From Solirubrobacterales bacterium (GTDB lineage: Bacteria > Actinomycetota > Thermoleophilia > Solirubrobacterales > 70-9), in the NCBI GenBank assembly GCA_036505735.1, contig DASXSZ010000203.1:1658-65657 (forward strand): a stretch of DNA of 64,000 bases, given 5' to 3'. Under the pieces are notes generated by a model that searched no databases, had not been told where the DNA came from, and was given only the letters and a program-made list of their open reading frames with translations. Of the stretch, positions 28,414 through 36,537 are shown in pieces. Numbering within the stretch: the stretch's first letter is position 1; each line of letters opens with the position of its first letter. The translations under genes and the position numbers were made by a program.

Positions 28414-28959
28414 TCATGCCGGGGCCGTCGGCGGGGGCGGATGCCCCGGCGGCGGGCGGTCCCGGCGAAGGCCCGGCGTGCGAATCAACTTGACGGGCTG
28501 TAGCGCCGAGCCCGGCTCGACGTAGAAGCGGACGCCGTCCCTCTCCTCGATTGCGGCCACCGCTCCATCCCGGGCGCGCAGCGTCAGCGCCGAGCCAAGG
28601 GCGAAGCCGGCGCCGATCGCGGCCACCCCGGGGAACAGGAACCCGAGGCCGCCGGCGATGACAGCGAAGGCGGCGAGCGGCCAGAGACGGGCGAGCGCGG
28701 CCCGGGTCGGGTTGCCGAGCGTGGGCAGGGCCGTCGCCATCCGGGCTTCCGCCAGCGCGGGCCGCATCGCCTCGGCGGCGCGTGCCGGACGCCCGAGGAT
28801 GATCCCGCCGACCAGGGAGAGCGTCCACCAGAAGGCGGCGACATACAGCGTCAGCGTGTCGTCGGCCCCGGTCGCGGAGATCACCGTCACGGCGGCGAGG
28901 ACGGTGGCCGCGCCCGCGGCGAGCAGCACGGTCATCCTCAGCAGGTCGCAGAACGCCAT
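28414..28959 (-). CDS. hypothetical membrane protein
   Basis: 181 aa with four hydrophobic helices and a Pro-rich tail. GC3-rich. Lies 11 nt downstream of otsB on the same strand. Confidence 0.55.
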   Translation of the reverse strand: MAFCDLLRMTVLLAAGAATVLAAVTVISATGADDTLTLYVAAFWWTLSLVGGIILGRPARAAEAMRPALAEARMATALPTLGNPTRAALARLWPLAAFAVIAGGLGFLFPGVAAIGAGFALGSALTLRARDGAVAAIEERDGVRFYVEPGSALQPVKLIRTPGLRRDRPPPGHPPPPTAPA

Positions 28960-28970
28960 TGGCGGCGACC

Positions 28971-29798
28971 CTATTCGGCCAGCGCTTCGAGCACGCGCAC
29001 GAAGCCCTCAGGCCCGGCCACGGTCAGATCGGCCTCCCGCGATACCTCCGGCGGGGATTCGTCCGACGCCACCGCGATGCACGCTGCAGCCCTCAGTGCG
29101 CTGTCCTCCAGCAGCGTTCGCAGTGCTGTGAATGCGTCGACGTCGGTGCGATCGTCGCCGGCGTAGAGCGCGAAGTCGACCGGGCGCACTGGGATCAGCG
29201 CCGCCACCGCGATGCCCTTGTTGACCGCGACGTTGGGACGGATCTCGAGCACCTTTCGCCCCCGGTGCGGGATGAGCCCCTGCCATTCGGCCTCGCTGGC
29301 GATCTCATGAGCGAGGGACTCGGCCGCCCCCTCGTTGGGCGAGCCGCGCCAGTGCAGGGCGACGATCGCTCCCTTGTCCTCGATCCTGATCCCGGCGCGC
29401 TGGAGCTCGGCTCGGTCAAGGGACTCCACGAACCGGGGGGCGTCCGCCTCGTGGCCATTGAGGGACGGATCTGCCCTCACCTCGTCCTCCCCCGGCAGGA
29501 GCAGCTCAAAGCCGTGATTCCCCGAGTAGGCGAGCTGGTCGAGACCAACAACTCGTTTCGCATCCAGCGCCCGGCGCCCGCTCAGGCAGCCGACGAGCGC
29601 GTAGCGCTCGGCGAGCGAGCGCAGCAGGTCCCGGGTTCTCTCGGGCACTGCCGCGTCCCCCGGCTCGAGGACGATCGGGGCGATCGTGCCGTCGACGTCG
29701 GTGAGGATCGCGGAGCGCCCCGGGTTCTCCCGAAGCGGCGCGATCAGCTGCCCGAGGCCGCTTTCACCTGCCATCAGCCCTCTAGTATCGCCCGCCAT
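28971..29798 (-). CDS. otsB: trehalose-phosphatase (HAD superfamily)
   Basis: ILTDVDGTIAPIV (DxDGT), SGRRALD, YSGNHGFEL and YAGDDRTDVDAF motifs. The start is ATG 29798 or ATG 29774 (AGAGGG upstream). Confidence 0.8.
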   Translation of the reverse strand: MAGDTRGLMAGESGLGQLIAPLRENPGRSAILTDVDGTIAPIVLEPGDAAVPERTRDLLRSLAERYALVGCLSGRRALDAKRVVGLDQLAYSGNHGFELLLPGEDEVRADPSLNGHEADAPRFVESLDRAELQRAGIRIEDKGAIVALHWRGSPNEGAAESLAHEIASEAEWQGLIPHRGRKVLEIRPNVAVNKGIAVAALIPVRPVDFALYAGDDRTDVDAFTALRTLLEDSALRAAACIAVASDESPPEVSREADLTVAGPEGFVRVLEALAE

Positions 29799-30153
29799 GC
29801 CGCGGACCTTGAAGCTGGCGGTGATCGGGACGGCTGCCGGTGCTTTCAGCGGCCTGCTCGGCGTGGGAGGCGGCAGCGTGATGGTTCCCCTGCTGATCGT
29901 CTGGCTCGGCTACGGCGAGCGGGAGGCGACCGGGACGAGCATGATGGCGATCGTCGTGATCGCCGCGCTCGCGGTCACCCTGCAGGGGATCTACGGCAAC
30001 GTCGACCCGTCGAATGCGGCGGTGGTGGGGATTCCGGCGATCGCGGGAGCGATAGCGGGGACCGCCGTGCAGCAGCGCGTGCCCGAGCGCGCGATCTCCC
30101 TGCTCTTCGCCGTGCTGCTCATCGTGATCGCCGCGGAGCTGATCGTGCCGTGA
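29797..30153 (+). CDS. TauE/SafE (TSUP, DUF81) family protein, half-size unit 1
   Basis: 118 aa with 4 predicted helices. Repeat signature GAFSGLLGVGGGSVMVPLL...ATGTS. Confidence 0.7.
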   Translation: MPRTLKLAVIGTAAGAFSGLLGVGGGSVMVPLLIVWLGYGEREATGTSMMAIVVIAALAVTLQGIYGNVDPSNAAVVGIPAIAGAIAGTAVQQRVPERAISLLFAVLLIVIAAELIVP

Positions 30154-30557
30154 GCTCGATCGCCGCGGCACTGATGGGATTCGCCGGTGGGATGGTCGGC
30201 GGGCTGCTGGGAGTCGGCGGCGGCATCCTCTTCGTCCCCGCCCTGGTGATCTTCCTCGACGAGAGCCAGGTGAGGGCCGAGGCGACCTCGCTGCTCGCGA
30301 TCGTCCCGGTGGCGATCGTGGCCGTCTGGCGGCAGCTCGGCTACGGCAACGTCCGGGTCAGGGAAGGCTTGGTGATCGGGGCGCTCTCGCCGCTCGGCGT
30401 CGGCATCGGAGTGGTTGTCGCCAACGCCGTTTCGCAGCGAGCGCTCGAGCTGATCTTCGCCGGGCTCGCGCTGGTGATCGCCTTGCAGCTCGTGATCCGC
30501 GCGCTGCGGCCGCCCGATCGACCAGCCGCTAGAGCCCGTGCTCGAGCGCGCCCTTGA
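30150..30557 (+). CDS. TauE/SafE (TSUP, DUF81) family protein, half-size unit 2
   Basis: 135 aa. The GTG start overlaps the upstream stop (GTGA). It carries the same signature, GGMVGGLLGVGGGILFVPAL...ATSLL. It is embedded as the tail of a spurious 532-aa ORF-track entry. Confidence 0.7.
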   Translation: MSSIAAALMGFAGGMVGGLLGVGGGILFVPALVIFLDESQVRAEATSLLAIVPVAIVAVWRQLGYGNVRVREGLVIGALSPLGVGIGVVVANAVSQRALELIFAGLALVIALQLVIRALRPPDRPAARARARARP

Positions 30558-31410
30558 CGCCGGCGTCCAGCGCGTTGAGCCGGTGGAGGGCGAGAGCTTC
30601 GGGGACGGCGAAGCCCCGGCCGCCGGGGCGATTCGCGTCGGCCCCGTGGTGTGAGAGCACGCAATGCAGCAGACCTGCCCGCCGCTGCGGCGCGAGGCCG
30701 CCGGCGGCCGAGCCCACGATCTCCGCGCCGAGAGCGAGATGGCCGATCAGCCTCCCCTCATCGGTGACGCCGAACTCCGCCCCGTAGCTGAACTCGCGCA
30801 CCTTGCCGACGTCGTGCAGGAGGGCTGCGGCCATCAGCAGGTCGGAGTCGAGCCGGGGATGCAGCTGGCAGACCTCGCCCACCAGGGTCCCGACGGCAAC
30901 GGTGTGCTCGAGCAGCCCGCCAACGTAGGCGTGGTGCCCGGCCCGTGTGCAGGGGGCGCGGCGGAACTCGGCGGCCACCGGGTCTGTGAACAGCACACGG
31001 CCGACGACCTCGCGAAGCGGCGCGTCATGGACCTCCCGGGTGAGGTGCTCCAGGAACCCCTCGAGCTCCTCGGCGTCCCGGTAGGCGGTGGGGAGGAACT
31101 TCGCCGGGTCGAGCTCGCCGTCGCCGACCGCCTGGATGTCCGCCACCTCGACGACGAGCTCGCCCCGGAACCGCTCGACCTTGCCTGAGACCCGGATCGC
31201 CTCGCCTCGCTCGAAGCGCGCAGCCAGCCGGTCGACGTCCCGGAAGGCGCGTGCGGGGATCGAGCCGCTGCGGTCCCGTAGCTCGAGGGAGAGATAGATC
31301 GACCCGTTGCGCGCTGAGAGCCGGTCCTTGCGGACGCAGGCGTAGATCCCCTGGAATCGCTGGCCGGGCCCGAGCTCGGCGATCGACGGGGCCGCGACGG
31401 TGCCTTCCAT
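30529..31410 (-). CDS. OB-fold plus HD-domain protein (YhaM-like 3'-5' exoribonuclease family)
   Basis: ATG 31410 (MEGTVAAP...). An OB region (IYLSLELRDRSGSIPARAF) is followed by GHHAYVGGLLEHT and LLHDVGK HD motifs. The Arg-rich upstream extension to 31743 is discounted. Confidence 0.75.
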   Translation of the reverse strand: MEGTVAAPSIAELGPGQRFQGIYACVRKDRLSARNGSIYLSLELRDRSGSIPARAFRDVDRLAARFERGEAIRVSGKVERFRGELVVEVADIQAVGDGELDPAKFLPTAYRDAEELEGFLEHLTREVHDAPLREVVGRVLFTDPVAAEFRRAPCTRAGHHAYVGGLLEHTVAVGTLVGEVCQLHPRLDSDLLMAAALLHDVGKVREFSYGAEFGVTDEGRLIGHLALGAEIVGSAAGGLAPQRRAGLLHCVLSHHGADANRPGGRGFAVPEALALHRLNALDAGVKGALEHGL

Positions 31411-31481
31411 GCACGCAGTCTCCAAAGTCGACCGGACAGCGAGTGGGGTACCTGATCTGCCCGAGTCGCTAGTCTCGAACG

Positions 31482-32345
31482 ATGGACGCGCTCGCCTGGG
31501 AGGCCGAGCCTCCGCGGCTCCGATCACCGGTCCTCGTCTGCGCCTTCGCCGGCTGGAACGACGCCGCCGGCGCGGCGACCACCGCATTGACGACCGCAGC
31601 CGAATCGCTGGATGCCGAGGTGATCGCGCAGGTCGACCCCGAGGAGTTCTTCGACTTCCAGGCGAACCGGCCCACGATCCGGCTGACCGAGGGGCAGACT
31701 CGGGAGATCGAGTGGCCGGGCAATGTCCTGCTGGCCGCGACACCGCCGGGCGCCGAGCGCGACCTCGTCCTGCTCGCCGGCACCGAGCCCAACCTGCGCT
31801 GGCGCACCTTCTCCGATGGGATCGCTGAGACAGCCGAGTCGCTCGGGATCGAGATGGTGGTCACTCTCGGTGCGCTGATCGCCGATGTCGCCCACACGCT
31901 GCCCGTCCCGATCACCGGCCTGGCCTCGGCCGAGGAACTCGTCGAGCGCCTCGACCTGGCGCGCTCCAACTACGAGGGCCCGACGGGCGTGGTCGGCGTC
32001 CTCCACGACGCCTGCCGCCGCCGCGGTATCCCGTCGGCGAGCCTCTGGGCGGCTGTGCCGCACTACGTTGCGGCAGTGCCCAATCCCAAGGCGGCGCTGG
32101 CGCTGCTCCGCCGCCTCGAGGGGCTGGTGGGCGTCGCTCTCGAGGCCTCCGGCCTCGAGGAGGAGTCGGAGTCCTACGAGAGCCAGGTGAGCCGCGCGGT
32201 CGCCGCCAACCCGGAGATCGAGGAGCTCGTCCACAGGCTCGAGGAGGAGCAGTCCGAGCGGCTCGAAATGGAGGACGACGTCCCCTCGGGCGAATCGCTG
32301 GCTCGGGACTTCGAGCGCTACCTGCGCCAGCAGGGCAACAACTAG
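31482..32345 (+). CDS. PAC2 (proteasome assembly chaperone 2-like) family protein
   Basis: PVLVCAFAGWNDAAGAA..., VDPEEFFDFQANRP and LLAGTEPNLRW match the actinobacterial PAC2 family. Acidic C-terminal tail. Confidence 0.8.
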   Translation: MDALAWEAEPPRLRSPVLVCAFAGWNDAAGAATTALTTAAESLDAEVIAQVDPEEFFDFQANRPTIRLTEGQTREIEWPGNVLLAATPPGAERDLVLLAGTEPNLRWRTFSDGIAETAESLGIEMVVTLGALIADVAHTLPVPITGLASAEELVERLDLARSNYEGPTGVVGVLHDACRRRGIPSASLWAAVPHYVAAVPNPKAALALLRRLEGLVGVALEASGLEEESESYESQVSRAVAANPEIEELVHRLEEEQSERLEMEDDVPSGESLARDFERYLRQQGNN

Positions 32346-32944
32346 CCGACGAGACGCTCGATCAGGCGCCGCAGCTCCGGCCGGAACTCGGCCGCGGCCT
32401 GGGCGGGATCCTCCTCCCGGGCCAGAACGCGCTCGCCCAAGCCGTCGAGCGCCGCGACGACCAGGCTGGCGTCGGCGCGCGGATCGCTGCTCCCCAGCGC
32501 CTCGAGAGCTCCCGCGACCGAACGCTGCTCAGCGTCGCACCAGCTCTGCGCCGCCTCGCGCAGCTCGGGGCGGCGGCCGGCCTCGAGCCAGAGCTCGTAC
32601 TCCGCGATGTAGGCGGTCCGGTCCTCGGCCGCCGCGACCAGCTCCGAGATCAGCCGGTCAGCAAGCGCCCTCGGGGTCTTCAGCGAGCGCAGCTCGTTCC
32701 CGAGACTGCCGTATCGCTCGATCTCCTGCGCTGCCACGTGCTCAAGCGCCTGCCGGAGCAGGTCGTCCCGCGACTCGAAGTAGTAAGTCGTCGAGCCCAG
32801 CGGCACACCCGCCTCCTCGGCGACCGCCCGGTGCGTCGCCGCTCCGCGTCCCGAGCGCCCGATGACGCGAAGCGCAGCGTCCAGAATCTGCTCCCGGCGC
32901 CCCCGGGTTACCTGCTCCGCCATGTCGGTCAGGCTAATTGGCAC
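32342..32944 (-). CDS. TetR family transcriptional regulator
   Basis: HTH region RREQILDAALRVIGRSGRGAATHRAVAEEAGVPLGSTTYYFESRDDL. Overlaps the upstream SMR gene by 11 nt. Confidence 0.85.
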   Translation of the reverse strand: MPISLTDMAEQVTRGRREQILDAALRVIGRSGRGAATHRAVAEEAGVPLGSTTYYFESRDDLLRQALEHVAAQEIERYGSLGNELRSLKTPRALADRLISELVAAAEDRTAYIAEYELWLEAGRRPELREAAQSWCDAEQRSVAGALEALGSSDPRADASLVVAALDGLGERVLAREEDPAQAAAEFRPELRRLIERLVG

Positions 32945-33257
32945 CGGAGAGGTTCAGCCCCACCACGCCGCCGATCACCAGGACGATGCTCGCCAGCTTG
33001 AGCGCATTCACCGACTCGCCGAGGGCGGCCATCCCGATCACAGCGACCGCCGCCGTTCCGACGCCGGCCCAGACGGCGTAGGCGAGGCTGATCTCGAGCT
33101 CCCTCAGCGCCAGCGCCGTCAGCCAGAGCGAGGCGGCGTAGGTGACCAGCACGAGGGCGGAGGGAGCCGCGTTCGTGAAGCCGTCGGTGAATCGCAGGAA
33201 GACGGTCCCGACCACCTCGCTTGCGATTGCCGCCGCCAGATAGATCCACGCCAACAT
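32934..33257 (-). CDS. SMR family multidrug efflux transporter (EmrE/QacE-like)
   Basis: 107 aa from ATG 33257. MLAWIYLAAAIASEVVGT contains the conserved membrane Glu. Four TM helices, including AYAVWAGVG. Confidence 0.85.
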   Translation of the reverse strand: MLAWIYLAAAIASEVVGTVFLRFTDGFTNAAPSALVLVTYAASLWLTALALRELEISLAYAVWAGVGTAAVAVIGMAALGESVNALKLASIVLVIGGVVGLNLSGAN

Positions 33258-33261
33258 GATG

Positions 33262-33296
33262 TGTACAAATGTACCACATCCCTGTACAAATGTACA
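33262..33296. promoter_or_regulatory. two direct copies of the palindromic motif TGTACAAATGTAC (operator-like)
   Basis: Copies at 33262-33274 and 33283-33295, 21 bp centre to centre, in the AT-rich 50-bp spacer immediately upstream of the SMR-TetR operon. Confidence 0.5.
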
Positions 33297-33307
33297 GCCG
33301 TAGGGCG

Positions 33308-36300
33308 TCAGGCTTCCGAGGCCGGGCAGATCAAGCGGAAATCGCACCAGGAGCAGATCTCGGGCGAGGGCCTAGGTTCGAAGTCCTGTCCGAGGATGCC
33401 CTCGCCGACCTCGAGGACGACTGACTCGACCCGCTCGAGATCATCGGGGGAACCGCCGACCGCAACCTTCTCGTCGGCGAGTACGTACCAGTAGCTGCCG
33501 GCGGCGCCCTCGAGGCGCCAGGCCTCGCGGGCGGCGAGGCGATAGATGGCGAGCTGGACATCTGACTCGAGCTCCCGCGGCGGCTTCGGATCGCCCGTCT
33601 TGTAGTCGATCAGCTCGTAGCCGCCGCCCGGCAGCTGGTCGACGCGATCGACCCGGCCTCGGAGGTGGTGGGGCCCGATCCGGAAGTCGAACTTGCGCTC
33701 GACCCAGCGGGGATGTGATCCGCTCGCCACCTCCCGGGCGTGGTAGCGGTGCAGGGCCTCGATCGCCTTCTCGCGGAACTGCAGCTCGTCGTCGGACTCG
33801 CCGAAGCCCGACCGTCGCCAAGCGGCGGCGAACAGCGCCATCAGGCGCTCCAGGCTGCCGGCCTCGGCCTCCTCCCCGGCGGCCTGCTGGCCATGGAAGC
33901 GCTCCAACACCTGGTGGATGACGATGCCGAAGCGCTGGTTGATCGTGGTCTCCTGCGGGATACCGAAGACGCGCGCGAACTTGTACTTGAGCGGGCAGGT
34001 CCGGTAGAGCTCGATATCGGTGGCGGAGAGGGCGAGCCCCTCGCCGCGCCGGGGCAGGAAGGCCTCGAGCGAGGGCTCGTCGCGCTGGGCGATCAGCTCC
34101 CGGCGGCGCTTGGCCGCACCCTCCTCGTCGAGCAGGTAGGCGTCGAGGCCGGAGTCCCGGAGCGCGCTGCGCTGCTCGGGCGAGATCGCGTGCTCGAGCA
34201 GGTCGTTGATCGCGGCGAGTGAGTCGGCGACGGGGTCCTCGGTCGATCCCTGGATCAACCCCGCCAGCTTGACCAGCTCCAGAAAGCGGGCCACGGCGCG
34301 GGTGACGTCGACGTAAGTGTCGAGCCGCGGCTCCCTGAGCTTCCCGCCCGCCCGCCAGGCCTCCTCCAGGACCTCGTCCTGGATCATGCGGTAGGTCGCC
34401 TGCAGGCCCTCCGCCGGGCCGAAGAGCTCCTCGCCGTGCTTCTGCTCGGTCCCGTCCAGGACTGCGCGCGCGTCCTCGTAGAAGGGAGACGGGCGGGCGG
34501 GGCCCGCGTCGGTCGCGGCGGGCCTCGAGAGGACCAGATCCTCGCTCGCGCGCGTCATCGCGACGTAGAGCAGGCGCCTGGACGCGTCCTCGTGGGAGGG
34601 CCCCCCGCCGCCCGCGCCGGGCGGCACCATCGGCGGGCCGGCCGGCCCCGATCCAGGCAGGGCACCCGCGTGCAGTCCGATGACGTAGACGCGTGAGAAC
34701 TCGAGACCCTTGGTGCGCTCCAACGGCATCACCCTGACGGCATCGGCCATCGGCTCGCCCGGCTCATCAACCGGAGACACGCCAGCCTCCGAGACCGCCA
34801 CGAGGTAGCGGACGAAGTCGCGGTTGGAGCCCGTCGGCTCGCGCCTGGTCCACGCGGCCGCGAGCTCGCCGAGTCGCGACAGATTGCGAAGCCGCTCGGC
34901 GGCCTCCGGGTGCGCGGCGAAGAGCCGGTGGCGGCGGAAGCCGATCCGCTCGATCAAACGGCGCACGAAGACGTCAGCTCGCATCTCGCCCATCGCCCTG
35001 GCCGCGGCCCGGTGGAGCTGGAGGAACTCGCGGATGCGATCCCGGGCCTCGGGCGGGATCTGGGGGCTCTCCAGGGACGCCTCGAGGGCGGAGACCATGT
35101 CCAGCTTGCGCCGGCGGGCGATCGTCGCGCAGCGGGCGAGGTCGACCGAGCGGAGCTCGACGGGGGGGCGGCTCAAGGCGCGCACGGCAGCGGCCGCGTC
35201 AGTCGGGTCGGCGAGCAGTCGCAGCCAGGCGATCACGTCGCGGACCTCGGGGCGCTGGAAGAACGCCCCGGGCCCGGTGAGTCGGTAGGGGACCCGCCGC
35301 TCCTCGAGGGCCGCCGCGATCGCCCGAGAGCGCCCGCCGCCCCGCGGAACCGCGACGCAGACCTCCTCCAGCTTCACCTCGCCGGCGGCCAGGACCGCCT
35401 CGATGTCCCTTGCCACCGACTGGGCCTCGGCGCGCTCATTGGTCCCGGACCAGAAGCGCACCCGGGTCGCGGGCCCGGCCGCCCGGCGTGAGATCTCGGC
35501 GCCCCGCTCCGTGGGCGCGACCACCGCGTGGGCGGCATCCAGGAGGTCCCCGCCGTAGCGCCAGGCAGGCTCGAGCGTGATCTCGCTCGGGCCGAGCGCC
35601 CGGCGGGCCCAGGCCGAGGCAGCGCCGCAGGGGGCACCGGCTTGCTCGTCGTCGCAAGAGAGCACAGCGGTCGCGGCGCCCCGTGCGAGCGCCTCGATCA
35701 GTGAGCGCTCCGCCGGACAGGCGTCCTCCGTCTCGTCGACGATCAGGTGCGGGAAGCGCTCGGAGATGGCCTCGGCGAGCGCCGGCCGCTCCTCCACCAG
35801 CCGGCTCAGCTCGAGCACGGCGTCGATGTCATCCATCGCCCCCGCGGAGCGCAGCATCGAGTCGTGCTGTTCGTAGATCTCCGCGAACTCCCGCTCCCGC
35901 GCCGCGGAGTCACGCTCGGAGCGGGAGCCTCCGGCCTGCTCCTCGGACCATCGCCGGAAGCGCTCGGCGGTCACCCCGGCGGACTTGAGCGCGTCGATCC
36001 GGCCAACGATGCGCGCGAGCAGGCCGGCCGGGTTCCCCCGGATCTCGTGGCGACGCAGCGGCAGCTCATCGATCCGGTCGAGGAGCATCGCGAGCCGCTC
36101 GGCTGGGCTCAGGGACTCGAAGAAGGGGTCGAGCTCCGCCTCGGTGGCGTGCTCGCGCAGCAGGCGAGCGGCCGCCACCGGGTGGGTATGGACGACGAGC
36201 TCCTCGTAGGCCGTCTCGATCGTCTCCTCGGCGCGGGTCCTGATCCGATTCGCCGCGGCCACCGAGCGAGTCAGAGCGAGGGCCCGCTCGCCGGCGCCAA

Positions 36301-36445
36301 CCAGGCGCCCCAGTCTGCGCGCCAGGGCCTCCGTGCGCCCGGTGCCGGCGGCGCCGAGGACCAGCAGCGCGCCGCCATCGTGAGCGACGACCGCCTCCTG
36401 CCGCTCGGTCAGCCCCGGGACCCCGTGATCGCGCTGTTGGTCCAT
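33308..36445 (-). CDS. UvrD/PcrA-like SF1 helicase fused to a RecB-type PD-(D/E)XK nuclease with a 4-Cys cluster (AdnA/AddB-like)
   Basis: 1045 aa. Helicase motifs GAAGTGRT (I, Arg in place of Lys), LIVDETED (II), TKGLEFSRVYVIG (V) and LLYVAMTRA (VI). Nuclease motifs YRTCPLKY, ELIDYKTG and CSWCDFRLIC. Confidence 0.85.
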   Translation of the reverse strand: MDQQRDHGVPGLTERQEAVVAHDGGALLVLGAAGTGRTEALARRLGRLVGAGERALALTRSVAAANRIRTRAEETIETAYEELVVHTHPVAAARLLREHATEAELDPFFESLSPAERLAMLLDRIDELPLRRHEIRGNPAGLLARIVGRIDALKSAGVTAERFRRWSEEQAGGSRSERDSAAREREFAEIYEQHDSMLRSAGAMDDIDAVLELSRLVEERPALAEAISERFPHLIVDETEDACPAERSLIEALARGAATAVLSCDDEQAGAPCGAASAWARRALGPSEITLEPAWRYGGDLLDAAHAVVAPTERGAEISRRAAGPATRVRFWSGTNERAEAQSVARDIEAVLAAGEVKLEEVCVAVPRGGGRSRAIAAALEERRVPYRLTGPGAFFQRPEVRDVIAWLRLLADPTDAAAAVRALSRPPVELRSVDLARCATIARRRKLDMVSALEASLESPQIPPEARDRIREFLQLHRAAARAMGEMRADVFVRRLIERIGFRRHRLFAAHPEAAERLRNLSRLGELAAAWTRREPTGSNRDFVRYLVAVSEAGVSPVDEPGEPMADAVRVMPLERTKGLEFSRVYVIGLHAGALPGSGPAGPPMVPPGAGGGGPSHEDASRRLLYVAMTRASEDLVLSRPAATDAGPARPSPFYEDARAVLDGTEQKHGEELFGPAEGLQATYRMIQDEVLEEAWRAGGKLREPRLDTYVDVTRAVARFLELVKLAGLIQGSTEDPVADSLAAINDLLEHAISPEQRSALRDSGLDAYLLDEEGAAKRRRELIAQRDEPSLEAFLPRRGEGLALSATDIELYRTCPLKYKFARVFGIPQETTINQRFGIVIHQVLERFHGQQAAGEEAEAGSLERLMALFAAAWRRSGFGESDDELQFREKAIEALHRYHAREVASGSHPRWVERKFDFRIGPHHLRGRVDRVDQLPGGGYELIDYKTGDPKPPRELESDVQLAIYRLAAREAWRLEGAAGSYWYVLADEKVAVGGSPDDLERVESVVLEVGEGILGQDFEPRPSPEICSWCDFRLICPASEA

Positions 36446-36537
36446 CGATTCCAGGCTAGTTCATGCGTCCGCCGCCTCGAGGCGCATTCCCGCTGACCGC
36501 GCAGAATCGCTCGCTAACCTGGCGCCGATGGTCCTCC

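Noticed and set aside
28959-30557. 532-aa composite plus-strand ORF.
   Set aside because: Only its last 135 codons, from GTG 30150, look like a real protein (the TauE repeat). The remainder is antisense to otsB.
31411-31743. Arg/Pro/Ser-rich N-terminal extensions of ORF-track entries: the HD protein, and similarly rmlB to 58500, rmlD to 59357, the PPOX gene to 61632, the lipoprotein to 17294 and mrp from 39144.
   Set aside because: Family similarity and good start contexts begin at internal ATG/GTG codons. The extensions overlap neighbouring genes or spacers and are low complexity.
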